Shown here piece after piece: positions 1-8,018 of a stretch of 37,346 nt of DNA. Within the stretch, counting starts at the first letter, position 1. Each line of letters begins with the position of its first letter. This stretch comes from an uncultured archaeon (GTDB lineage Archaea; Iainarchaeota; Iainarchaeia; Iainarchaeales; DTGL01). The stretch covers positions 1 through 37,346 of the forward strand of contig CAZKED010000010.1 of NCBI GenBank assembly GCA_964551725.1. Direction: 5' to 3'. A model generated the notes under the pieces. That model saw nothing but the letters and a program-made list of their open reading frames with translations, was not told the DNA's origin and ran no database searches. The position numbers were made by a program, and so were the translations under genes.

Positions 1-18
1 AACCGACACCAAAACACA

Positions 19-135
19 TCACCTCCCAAAAAAATCCGCTAAAAAGCACGTTACAAGATAGACAAAAAAGCCGATTGCTAAAATCGTCCCCGCGAACAGC
101 ATTCCCGCTATCACGGGGGTAATGCTTGGAATCAT
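19..135 (-). CDS. 38-aa single-TM microprotein (MIPSITPVIAGMLFAGTILAIGFFVYLVTCFLADFFGR)
   Basis: Hand-translated. ATG at 135 with GGAGGTGA RBS at 147-140. Hydrophobic core. Its stop overlaps a further GGAGGTGA (26-19) that precedes a TTG/GTG running off the left edge. Confidence 0.6.
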   Translation of the reverse strand: MIPSITPVIAGMLFAGTILAIGFFVYLVTCFLADFFGR

Positions 136-148
136 AACGTCACCTCCC

Positions 149-352
149 TCATTTGCAGCCCTCTCCGAATCTCCTGCTCATCCAGTCAATGTACCTTACA
201 TCATCACAGCTGAGCGCTGCCCTTCCGTCCCTTGGTTTCAAGGAATTTTTGTAATCTTCATATTTCTGCGCTTCGCTGTTCCCGAAATCCTTTGCCCTCA
301 CAAGAACTATGAAAAGGACAAGCAGGGGAATTATGGGCACAAGGTCAATCAA
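149..352 (-). CDS. 67-aa small protein with N-terminal hydrophobic anchor
   Basis: Track ORF 149..403, start refined to TTG at 352, downstream of GGAGGTGA (365-358). MIDLVPIIPLLVLFIVLVRAK followed by a polar tail. Confidence 0.6.
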   Translation of the reverse strand: MIDLVPIIPLLVLFIVLVRAKDFGNSEAQKYEDYKNSLKPRDGRAALSCDDVRYIDWMSRRFGEGCK

Positions 353-497
353 TTTTCTCACCTCCCGAAACATTCTCGCCCGCCTGGGAACTGCAGACAG
401 CAAAAGACATCACCACCGCACTCAGCCAGTTGGCCGCTGTATAGGCGCTTTCTATAAAGAGGGCGGATTCCGCGGAAAAAAGCTTTTCATTTCCCAT
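345..497 (-). CDS. 50-aa hypothetical microprotein (MGNEKLFSAESALFIESAYTAANWLSAVVMSFAVCSSQAGENVSGGEKID)
   Basis: Hand-translated. ATG at 497 after GGAGGTGA (509-502). Stop overlaps the start of the next ORF, suggesting translational coupling. Confidence 0.5.
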   Translation of the reverse strand: MGNEKLFSAESALFIESAYTAANWLSAVVMSFAVCSSQAGENVSGGEKID

Positions 498-569
498 CAC
501 ATCACCTCCATTTCAGTCAAATAAAAGTGCTCAGCGGAACAATAAAAAGAATCCGTAAAAAATGGAACC

Positions 570-590
570 ATGCAACCGGATGCAACCGGA
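570..590. repeat. 10-bp tandem repeat ATGCAACCGG x2
   Basis: atgcaaccgg-atgcaaccgg-a seen directly, preceded by a degenerate copy atggaacc, in the intergenic region upstream of the small ORFs. Confidence 0.6.
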
Positions 591-674
591 CAGCGGGGGA
601 ACCCAAAGTTAAACCTAAAAGTTAAGAAATAAAAAAATTCCAAAAAGGGTCATTTAAAAAGGCGCCCCGCCCTG

Positions 675-1163
675 CTACCCTGCACAGAGAACCCTGCACT
701 TCCTGTTTATCGCCTCGTCAACCGCCCTTCGGATTGCCCTCAGCTCCTCAACGTCGTCAACGGAGTTCTTGGATTTGAGACCGAAAATCTTTGTTTTTTC
801 CACGTCGAGCACATAGGCGCGGGGTTTTTCGCTGCTCCTGTCGCACTGGATTTTTTCAAGTTCGCAGAGTTTTGACTCAAGCTCTTTTTCCCTCTTGGCT
901 ATTTTTTTCCTGAGAATCTCGCGCGGGCTTTCAATAAAAAACCTCATGGGTGCGGAGCCTGCTTGTTTCACAAGGCCGAAGCCAGCCAGCTCCTTAAGCA
1001 CTGAATAAATTTTTTCCCGGGGAATGCCCGTATTCTCTATGAGCTCTCTTGCCTCCTGCGGTCTGCTGTCGAGCAGGGAGAAAAAAACTTTTGCGTGGTT
1101 TATTCCGAATCTCGGCACCAATTCTGAATAAATCCTCTTTATCTGGAGAATCTCCTCCTTCAC
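675..1163 (-). CDS. TrmB-family winged-HTH transcriptional regulator
   Basis: AKVFFSLL...ARELIENTGIPREKIYSVLKELAGFGLV...P.RF...P matches the TrmB N-terminal domain, followed by a coiled coil. Start refined to GTG 1163 after GGAGG. Confidence 0.85.
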   Translation of the reverse strand: MKEEILQIKRIYSELVPRFGINHAKVFFSLLDSRPQEARELIENTGIPREKIYSVLKELAGFGLVKQAGSAPMRFFIESPREILRKKIAKREKELESKLCELEKIQCDRSSEKPRAYVLDVEKTKIFGLKSKNSVDDVEELRAIRRAVDEAINRKCRVLCAG

Positions 1164-1234
1164 AAACCAGCCCTCCCACAGCAATGAAATCAATAGAGCA
1201 AAAGTGATTAAAAATATATCTTTTTAAACCATTT

Positions 1235-1251
1235 GGTTAATTTAATTAACC
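1235..1251. promoter_or_regulatory. Perfect palindrome GGTTAATT-T-AATTAACC, candidate operator between divergent TrmB and Lrp genes
   Basis: Seen directly, flanked by TTTTAAA TATA-like elements. Confidence 0.5.
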
Positions 1252-1334
1252 TTTTAAACTTTTTTGTTTACAATTAGTTCAGAATTGCTTCTGGCAGTTT
1301 GCTTTTAATTTTTGTTTTTTTTGGAGGTTTTTTT

Positions 1335-1787
1335 GTGGTAGATGAAACGGACAAAAAAATACTGAACCTGATGATCCAGAACCCCGAGGTAACGCAGAAG
1401 GACATTGCTTCCTCGCTCAAGATTACTCCACCGGCGGTGCACAGCAGGATACAGCGGCTCAAGGCAAAGAAAATAATAAAAGGCACCATGCCGGTACTCG
1501 ACCTGGACAAACTGGGCTATGACATCACCATAGTGGCAATGGTGATAGTGAAAAACGGAAAGCTGAGGGAAGCCGGAAAAAAGTGGGCGAAGGATAGGAA
1601 CGTCTGCGCGGTTTACAGGATAACGGGAAAATCCGACCTTGTGATAATCGCGAAGTTCAAGAACACAAAAGAGCTCAACTCATGGAACCAGCGGATTGTC
1701 GGCGATACAGCGAACATTGACAGGGTGAATACCAGCATTGTGTTCGAGGGGGAAAAAGACCCGGTGACGCCGAACGAAATCGAATAG
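1335..1787 (+). CDS. Lrp/AsnC-family transcriptional regulator
   Basis: DETDKKILNLM...DIASSLKIT..AVHSRIQRL HTH plus C-terminal VYRITGKSDL RAM domain. GTG 1335 after GGAGG. Confidence 0.92.
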   Translation: MVDETDKKILNLMIQNPEVTQKDIASSLKITPPAVHSRIQRLKAKKIIKGTMPVLDLDKLGYDITIVAMVIVKNGKLREAGKKWAKDRNVCAVYRITGKSDLVIIAKFKNTKELNSWNQRIVGDTANIDRVNTSIVFEGEKDPVTPNEIE

Positions 1788-1802
1788 TTCCGCTTTGCAA
1801 CG

Positions 1803-2714
1803 CTATTCTTTGAGTGCCTCGATAACGTATTCGGCTATCTGAACACCGCAGCGCACCTTCGCTTCCTTTGTGTTCGCGCCCTGGTGCGGGGTGAAAATTA
1901 TTTTTTCGTTTCCCAGAAGTTCCTTTGACTCGGGGGGCTCCTTTTCGAACACGTCAAGGGCAGCGCCTGCAACAATGCCGGAATCAATCGCCTCAAGCAG
2001 TGCCTTCTCGTTCAATATCCCGCCGCGCGCTGCATTTACTATGCGGGCGCCTTTCTTCATTTTTGAAAACTGCTCGGAATCCAGAAGGTTAATTGTATCC
2101 TTGTTCTTCGGGACATGCAGCGTGATAAAATCGGAGTTCCGGAGCAACTCGTCGAATTCAACCTTTCTTGCCTTTGCTTCCCTGAAAACCTCTTCCTTTG
2201 CAAACGGGTCGTAAGCGATTACTTTGCATTCGAACGCGTTTAGCCTTTTTGCCACTTCCAGCCCTATGTGCCCCAGGCCTATTATCCCGACAGTTTTATT
2301 GTAGAGCTCGGTGCCCTTGAATGCGTGCCTTTCCCATTTTCCCGCCTTCATCGAGGCATGGCCCTGCGGCACGTTCCTGCACAATGCGAGCATCAGTGCA
2401 ATGGCGTGCTCGCACGCGCTGATTGAGTTGCCGAAAGGCGTGTTTAGCACTTTTATGCCGCGGGATTCGGCTGCTTCGCGATCCACGTTGTCAAGGCCTG
2501 TTCCCGCTCTCCCGATTACCTTGAGGTTTTTTCCCGCTTCAATCACCTCTTTTGTGACCTGCGTGCCGCTTCTCACAATTATTGCGTCAAAGTCCGCTAT
2601 TTTGGCGGCAAGCTCCGCGTCCTTGGATTCAAAGTCCTGCTCAACTTCCGCGCCCGCTTTTTCCATTACTTTTATTGCCTCCTCTGCCAACGGGTCAGTA
2701 ACAATTATTTTCAT
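1803..2714 (-). CDS. serA: D-3-phosphoglycerate dehydrogenase (short form, no ACT domain)
   Basis: RAGTGLDNVD, GIIGLGHIG, NAARGG, DVFEKEP and TPHQGA motifs; overlaps the aminotransferase gene. Confidence 0.85.
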   Translation of the reverse strand: MKIIVTDPLAEEAIKVMEKAGAEVEQDFESKDAELAAKIADFDAIIVRSGTQVTKEVIEAGKNLKVIGRAGTGLDNVDREAAESRGIKVLNTPFGNSISACEHAIALMLALCRNVPQGHASMKAGKWERHAFKGTELYNKTVGIIGLGHIGLEVAKRLNAFECKVIAYDPFAKEEVFREAKARKVEFDELLRNSDFITLHVPKNKDTINLLDSEQFSKMKKGARIVNAARGGILNEKALLEAIDSGIVAGAALDVFEKEPPESKELLGNEKIIFTPHQGANTKEAKVRCGVQIAEYVIEALKE

Positions 2715-3814
2715 TCACTTTCCCCCTTTGCCATTATTTCTTCCAGTGCCGCGGTTATCTGCCTCATGTCTTCCATTTTCAAATCGCCCATGTGCGCTAT
2801 GCGGAAGTTCTTTTCCTTCATCGGGCCATAACCATTGCTTATCATTAATTCCTTTTCGGCTAGTTCCTTGTTGATTCCCGCTATGCTCAGCCCTTTGTTG
2901 TTTACTATCGTTGTTACGGTATCGGAGCGGTAGCCTTCCTCGGCAAACAACTCGAAGCCCTGTCCGACTGCCCAGTTTCTTATGTAGTCCGCCATTTCCC
3001 TGTGCCTTGCGAACCTCTTTTCCAGCCCTTCCTCGAAGAACCGGTCGAGCTGCCTGTTAAGCGCGAAAATGTGGGAAATGCTCGGCGTCGTGGGGGTCTG
3101 CTTTTTCTCCGACCAGTATTTTTCGAATACCTCAAAGTTGAAGTAATAGCCCTTGTTTTCCATTTTTTTCGCTTTCTCCATTGCTTTGTCGCTTACAGTG
3201 AAAACAGTCAGGCCCGGGGGAAGGCCAAATGCTTTCTGCACTCCTGCGAAGCAGCAGTCAATTCCTAGTTTGTCGATTTCCAGTTTCACGGCGGACATTG
3301 AGGAAACCGCGTCGACCAGAAACATTACGTCTGGGAAATCCTTCATTACTTTCGCTATTTTTTCCAGTTTGCTCATTACGCCTGTGGAGGTTTCGTTGTG
3401 GACAACGGTCAGGGCATCAAAGTTCCCTTCCTCCAGCTTTGCCCTTATCGCGTCGGCTTTTACTGCTTTTCCCATTTCCACTTCGATCCTTTCGTTTTCC
3501 TTCCCGCATAACTTTACCGTCTTGCTCCACTTGTCGCTGAAGGCGCCCATTACCGCGCTTAGCGCGCGTTTTTCTACACAGTTTCTGGCGCTTGCCTCCC
3601 AGATTCCGCTCGAGGAACTGGTGCTCAGGAAAACCCTGCCGTCGGTAAACAAAAGTTTCCTGAGCTTTTCAACCGTGTCTTCTGCCAGCACGGAGAATTC
3701 CGGGGAACGGTGCCCTATCATAAAGTGGCCCATTTCCTCGAGTATGGGCTTGTCGACCTCAACCGGGCCGGGAATGAAAAGTTTTTTGTATTTTATTTTT
3801 TCCGACACGCTCAT
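2711..3814 (-). CDS. Class V PLP aminotransferase (probable archaeal-type phosphoserine / serine-pyruvate aminotransferase)
   Basis: FIPGP, HRS, HNETSTG, DAVSS, GVQKAFGLPPG (PLP Lys), FRIAHMG; operonic with serA. Confidence 0.85.
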   Translation of the reverse strand: MSVSEKIKYKKLFIPGPVEVDKPILEEMGHFMIGHRSPEFSVLAEDTVEKLRKLLFTDGRVFLSTSSSSGIWEASARNCVEKRALSAVMGAFSDKWSKTVKLCGKENERIEVEMGKAVKADAIRAKLEEGNFDALTVVHNETSTGVMSKLEKIAKVMKDFPDVMFLVDAVSSMSAVKLEIDKLGIDCCFAGVQKAFGLPPGLTVFTVSDKAMEKAKKMENKGYYFNFEVFEKYWSEKKQTPTTPSISHIFALNRQLDRFFEEGLEKRFARHREMADYIRNWAVGQGFELFAEEGYRSDTVTTIVNNKGLSIAGINKELAEKELMISNGYGPMKEKNFRIAHMGDLKMEDMRQITAALEEIMAKGESE

Positions 3815-3862
3815 TGTAAAAACCTCCTTTCAGTGAAATTATTTCAGTTCCATTCACCAATT

Positions 3863-5128
3863 TCAGTCAATTTTATTGAAAACCAACCCGCTTACAACCT
3901 TTGGATAGAAGTACGTCGATTTCTGGGGCATTCTGTGCCCTGCAAGGCACGAGCGGATTACCTGCTCCTTTTTAGTTGCGTTCATGAGGAATGCCACGTC
4001 GCACTGATGCGAGTCGGCGATTTCGACCGCTTTTTCGAAGTCCTTAACATACTCTATTTTTTCCTTTTTTGAAACCATTTCCTTCGTGAGACCCAAAATT
4101 CTTTCAATTACGAGTTCGTGCAGAATCGTTACATCCAAATCGCGTATTTCCTCGCTCTCCCCGGGAATGAGCTCCGCGAGGTCAGCATTCTCCTTAAGGG
4201 AAAAAAGAATGCTTTTTCCTTTCGACCTCGCAATAAATGCTTTTTCGTTTTCCTTTGAGGAAAGCAGTTTTTGAAGTTCCCTTGTGCTCCCTGAAACCTC
4301 CCCGACATCAAAGTGCCCGCCGAGCTTTTTTTTCAGCGAGGAAAAATCAAATCCTTCAATCCCGTAAATCACCCGGTGGGTCGGCAGGACTATAAGGCCG
4401 GGGTCGCTCATTTCCACCAGCGTCATCATGCATTTGTCCGCGGCAGGGTTCTCTGCACTGTACCTGAGCGCAGTTTCGTAGCGGTGGTGACCGTCAGCAA
4501 TGAAAAGAGTTTTGTCGCGCATTCCCGCCTCGAATTTTTTTACCTCGCTTTCGTCGCTGACTATCCACATCCTGTTTCTCACGCCGTCGTCGAAAACCAC
4601 GTCAATGCATGGTTTTCTTCCGGCGACTTCGCCTATAAGCGCGGCAATTTTTCCACGAGCGTCCTCGTAAAGGGAAAAAACCGTTGAAAAATTTGCTTTC
4701 GCCTGCCGCATGAGTTCGAGGCGGTCTGCTTTGGGGCCCCCGAGCGTGCGCTCGTGACCTTTCACTTTCCCGCCCCCAAACTTTTCGAGTTTCACAAGCG
4801 CAATAAATCCCTTTCGCGAATATTCCCTGCCGTGCAGTCTGAACGCCTGCTCGTAAACGTAGAAGGATTTTTTTTCCTCGCGCTTTAGGATTCCCTGGGC
4901 AAGCCATTTATTGAAATGCTCGGCGGCTTTTGCATATAGGTTTTGCTCCCTGTTTTCCTCAAGTTCCTCGCCGAGTATGAGGTAAATGCAGTTGTTGGGG
5001 TGCCTTTTTCTCAGTTCGTCCCTGTAATCCCTTGAAATGACGTCATAAGGCGGGGCCAGCACTCTGGCAATGTCTCCCACCTTCTCCGCATTGTAGTGGA
5101 TGCCCCTGAATCCAAAAACCTCGACCAA
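3863..5128 (-). CDS. DUF1015 family protein (ParB/Srx-like IADGHHR core)
   Basis: APPYDVIS, HERT, IADGHHRYETA, PTHR and MPQKSTYFYPK motifs. Start refined to TTG 5128 after GGAGG. Confidence 0.9.
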   Translation of the reverse strand: MVEVFGFRGIHYNAEKVGDIARVLAPPYDVISRDYRDELRKRHPNNCIYLILGEELEENREQNLYAKAAEHFNKWLAQGILKREEKKSFYVYEQAFRLHGREYSRKGFIALVKLEKFGGGKVKGHERTLGGPKADRLELMRQAKANFSTVFSLYEDARGKIAALIGEVAGRKPCIDVVFDDGVRNRMWIVSDESEVKKFEAGMRDKTLFIADGHHRYETALRYSAENPAADKCMMTLVEMSDPGLIVLPTHRVIYGIEGFDFSSLKKKLGGHFDVGEVSGSTRELQKLLSSKENEKAFIARSKGKSILFSLKENADLAELIPGESEEIRDLDVTILHELVIERILGLTKEMVSKKEKIEYVKDFEKAVEIADSHQCDVAFLMNATKKEQVIRSCLAGHRMPQKSTYFYPKVVSGLVFNKID

Positions 5129-5280
5129 AAAAACACGCTCCTCCGAACTTTCGAATTCCCTAAAAAAAGCGTTTTGAGAATTAGATAGAGAATGCAAAAC
5201 AATTTAAATACTGCGCCCGAAACAGGTTTTATACATAACAAAAAGTTAATTTTAAATCAAAAAAAAGATTTTTTTACAGA

Positions 5281-5302
5281 AAATTAAACAAAAATTAAAC
5301 AA
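5281..5302. repeat. 11-bp tandem repeat AAATTAAACAA x2 in the divergent DUF1015/metF-like promoter region
   Basis: Seen directly; AT-rich, so could be chance. Confidence 0.35.
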
Positions 5303-5467
5303 ATTCCCGGGATGCTTTAATTTTTTTAAACAAAAATGCTGCTTCAATAGTTTTTTAATTCTTTTATTGGTTGATTTTTTATACCTTCTTTTACGTTTTT
5401 TGAAGAAACGCGGACGGGCTCATTTTGGTGCGAGCAAATGGGCTCATTACGCTGGAGTGCTGAAAGG

Positions 5468-6274
5468 ATGAGGTTCAGTAATACTGCAAAAAAGAGGTTT
5501 TTGCTCACGGCCGAGTTCAACTCCCGCATGGGAATGCCCTTTGCGGAAAAGGTAAAAGAGATTGTGGACGGAATGACGGTTCCTGCACCCAAAAAGCAGT
5601 CCCAAAACCCTGACAGCGGGAACCCCGAAATCAAAAGCGTTAAAACAGCGGCGGAACTCAAAAAAGCGGGAATTGAAAGCGCTCCCACGCTCACGTGCAG
5701 GGACCACCCGAAAGAGGATGGTGAAATAATAGAAATGCTCGAGGAAAGCGGCATAGAGAATGTTCTCGTGCTGTGGGGCTCGCCACACAGCGCTTCCTTC
5801 AGGGGAAGCTACAACTTCGACAAAACCTTTTCCCTGATAAGATGGCTCGCGGAAGAGGAACTGGACGCGTGCTTTATCGTTGCAAGCGACCCCGGCGCGG
5901 CAAACAAGCCCTGGCAGATTCCCGAACTGAAGAAAAAAGCGGATGCCGGCGCCTCCATTGCAATAACCGGACCGGTGTTTGATGCCGGCACGGCTAAAAG
6001 GTTTTTTGAGAAAATACGCATGGAAGTGGAAAACCTCAGGATAGTTGCAGGGCTGATGCCACTGGGCAGCGCGGAGGAAATCTCGCTCGCCGAAAGAACC
6101 CTGGGAACAACAATTCCCGCTGAAGCGAAAAAAAGGATTCTTGCATCGGAAAGCGGCGGCTTTGAGCTCGTGCTTGAAATTGCAGAGGAACTGCGCGAGA
6201 GAGCGGACGGCTTCCATTTGTTTACCGCGGGAAAAGAGGAAAAAACGATTGAACTGCTCAAAGCGCTTCGCTGA
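5468..6274 (+). CDS. Divergent methylenetetrahydrofolate reductase (MetF)-like protein
   Basis: LTCRD, LKKKADAGA, T.PVFD, IVAGLMP and DGFHLFT match the MTHFR barrel, but several catalytic residues are altered. ATG 5468 chosen. Confidence 0.7.
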   Translation: MRFSNTAKKRFLLTAEFNSRMGMPFAEKVKEIVDGMTVPAPKKQSQNPDSGNPEIKSVKTAAELKKAGIESAPTLTCRDHPKEDGEIIEMLEESGIENVLVLWGSPHSASFRGSYNFDKTFSLIRWLAEEELDACFIVASDPGAANKPWQIPELKKKADAGASIAITGPVFDAGTAKRFFEKIRMEVENLRIVAGLMPLGSAEEISLAERTLGTTIPAEAKKRILASESGGFELVLEIAEELRERADGFHLFTAGKEEKTIELLKALR

Positions 6275-6280
6275 TTCCCT

Positions 6281-6529
6281 TCACTTTTTCCCGGAACGCT
6301 TTTTCCTTGCGGGCTTTCCCCCGACAGCTCTCTTTCCCTCTTTTCTGGCGTAAACCTGCTTGTACCAAGTAAAAACCGTCAGAACCACGGCAAGGGTGAA
6401 AGAAAGGGAAACCGCGTTAAGCCAGTCCACTTCGCCCTGAAAAGCCAGCTGGCTCAAGGGGTTTGCCACAAGGGAGCACACGAGCACCAGAAAGAAAATC
6501 GCCCCAATCTTCGCACTAGCACTAGCCAC
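6281..6529 (-). CDS. Small 2-TM membrane protein with basic C-terminal tail
   Basis: Start refined to GTG 6529 (GGTGG RBS; TTTAAATA box near 6567-6560). Two hydrophobic segments. Confidence 0.6.
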   Translation of the reverse strand: MASASAKIGAIFFLVLVCSLVANPLSQLAFQGEVDWLNAVSLSFTLAVVLTVFTWYKQVYARKEGKRAVGGKPARKKRSGKK

Positions 6530-6630
6530 AAAAACCACCAGTAACAGTAAGGCGCGGAAATATTTAAACCTTGCCCCGCGCTGGCGCAACGGGGCAACCA
6601 TTAAATTAGTGCGAATAAAAAACCGCGCTT

Positions 6631-6885
6631 TCAGTCATGCTCCTCGAACATTTTGTCCTGTACTTTGTCCTTTGTCCTTAAGTACTCAATCAGCATTGCC
6701 GCGTGCTCTTTTTCCTCATCACGGTTATGCTCAAGTATTTTTTTGAGTTCCGCGTCCTTTGTAACCTCAATCCTTTCCTGGTACCAGTTTATGGCTTCCA
6801 ACTCCTCGCACAGCGATTTGCGGGCGCGCTCCAAATCCTTTGTTTCCTCGGAAAGGTTTTCTCTGCCTTCGTGCTCTCCTGTCAA
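6631..6885 (-). CDS. Encapsulated-ferritin (EncFtn/Flp)-type ferritin-like protein
   Basis: SL.EELEAINWYQER...ILEHNRDEEKEHAAML.EYLR signature; TTG start after GGAGGTG. Confidence 0.88.
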   Translation of the reverse strand: MTGEHEGRENLSEETKDLERARKSLCEELEAINWYQERIEVTKDAELKKILEHNRDEEKEHAAMLIEYLRTKDKVQDKMFEEHD

Positions 6886-6951
6886 TCAGAACACCTCCGG
6901 ATAAAAAAGAAAGGAAAAGCTTTAAACAGCATTCCTCTTCCTTCCAAATAT

Positions 6952-7968
6952 ATGGGACACGAGCACGAAATAGAAAAAAGCGCGGAATGCCCGCACTGCG
7001 CTGTGCCGGCAAAAAAATGGTACAGAGAGCGCTTAAACCAGATCTTCATTGTAACGTTCGTAGTGCTTGCCTCTGGTTTGTTCTTTCCCGCAATGCGCCC
7101 CGTGCTCGACGCCTGGATTGACTACTTTTCGCTCATATGGTGGGCGCTGCTCCTCGGCTTTCTGCTGGGAGGAGCAATTGATTATTTTGTGCCCGAGCAT
7201 TTGGTGGAAAGGCACCTGAAAGCAAAAAAGAAAAGAACAATCCTCAAGGCAGTAATTCTCGGCTTTTTGATGAGCGCGTGCTCGCACGGCATTCTCGCAA
7301 TAGCAATGGAATTGTACAAAAAAGGCGCTTCAACCGCTTCCACTGTGGCATTCCTCCTGGCTTCGCCCTGGGCAAATTTGCCCATTACCGTGCTCCTGTT
7401 CGGCTTTTTCGGTCCAAAAGCGTTCCTTATAATACTCTCGGCAATAATTATAGCCGTTATTACAGGAATAATCTTCCAGTTCCTGGAGCATTCCGGAAGA
7501 GTTGAAGGGGCAAAAAAGAAGCCGGTGAAGGAAACACGGCTGCAAAAAAAAGGAAAAAAAGAAACTCCGGTTCTCGGAATTCTGCGCGGCTCCTGGAACC
7601 TGACGAAAATGGTTCTCTGGTGGATTCTGATAGGAATGCTTCTCGCGAGCCTTGCCAGAGCATTCATTCCTACGGAAGCATTCCACCAGTTTTTGGGACC
7701 GACTCTTTTGGGGCTTTTTCTCACGCTGGCGTTTGCGACAATAATTGAAGTGTGCAGCGAAGGCTCAGCGCCGTTGTCATTCGAAATATTCAGGCAGACC
7801 GGAGCATTGGGCAACAGCTTCGTTTTCCTCATGGCGGGAGTTGTGACGGATTACACCGAAATAGGCCTCGTGTGGAGCAATATCGGAAAGCGCGCGGCAG
7901 TCTGGCTCGTAATCGTGAGCGTTCCGCAGGTGCTATTGCTCGGCTGGCTTTTCAACCTACTCCTCTGA
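6952..7968 (+). CDS. DUF318 (ArsP_1/YraQ-type) predicted permease with His/Cys-rich N-terminus
   Basis: Repeated CS.G motifs (ACSHG, VCSEG), AFLLASP, about 8 TM segments. Start refined to ATG 6952 (MGHEHE...CPHC). Confidence 0.8.
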   Translation: MGHEHEIEKSAECPHCAVPAKKWYRERLNQIFIVTFVVLASGLFFPAMRPVLDAWIDYFSLIWWALLLGFLLGGAIDYFVPEHLVERHLKAKKKRTILKAVILGFLMSACSHGILAIAMELYKKGASTASTVAFLLASPWANLPITVLLFGFFGPKAFLIILSAIIIAVITGIIFQFLEHSGRVEGAKKKPVKETRLQKKGKKETPVLGILRGSWNLTKMVLWWILIGMLLASLARAFIPTEAFHQFLGPTLLGLFLTLAFATIIEVCSEGSAPLSFEIFRQTGALGNSFVFLMAGVVTDYTEIGLVWSNIGKRAAVWLVIVSVPQVLLLGWLFNLLL

Positions 7969-8018
7969 CACTACGTTAGGTTTTTATTCCCAAATTCACC
8001 AATAATAGTGGTGATAAG

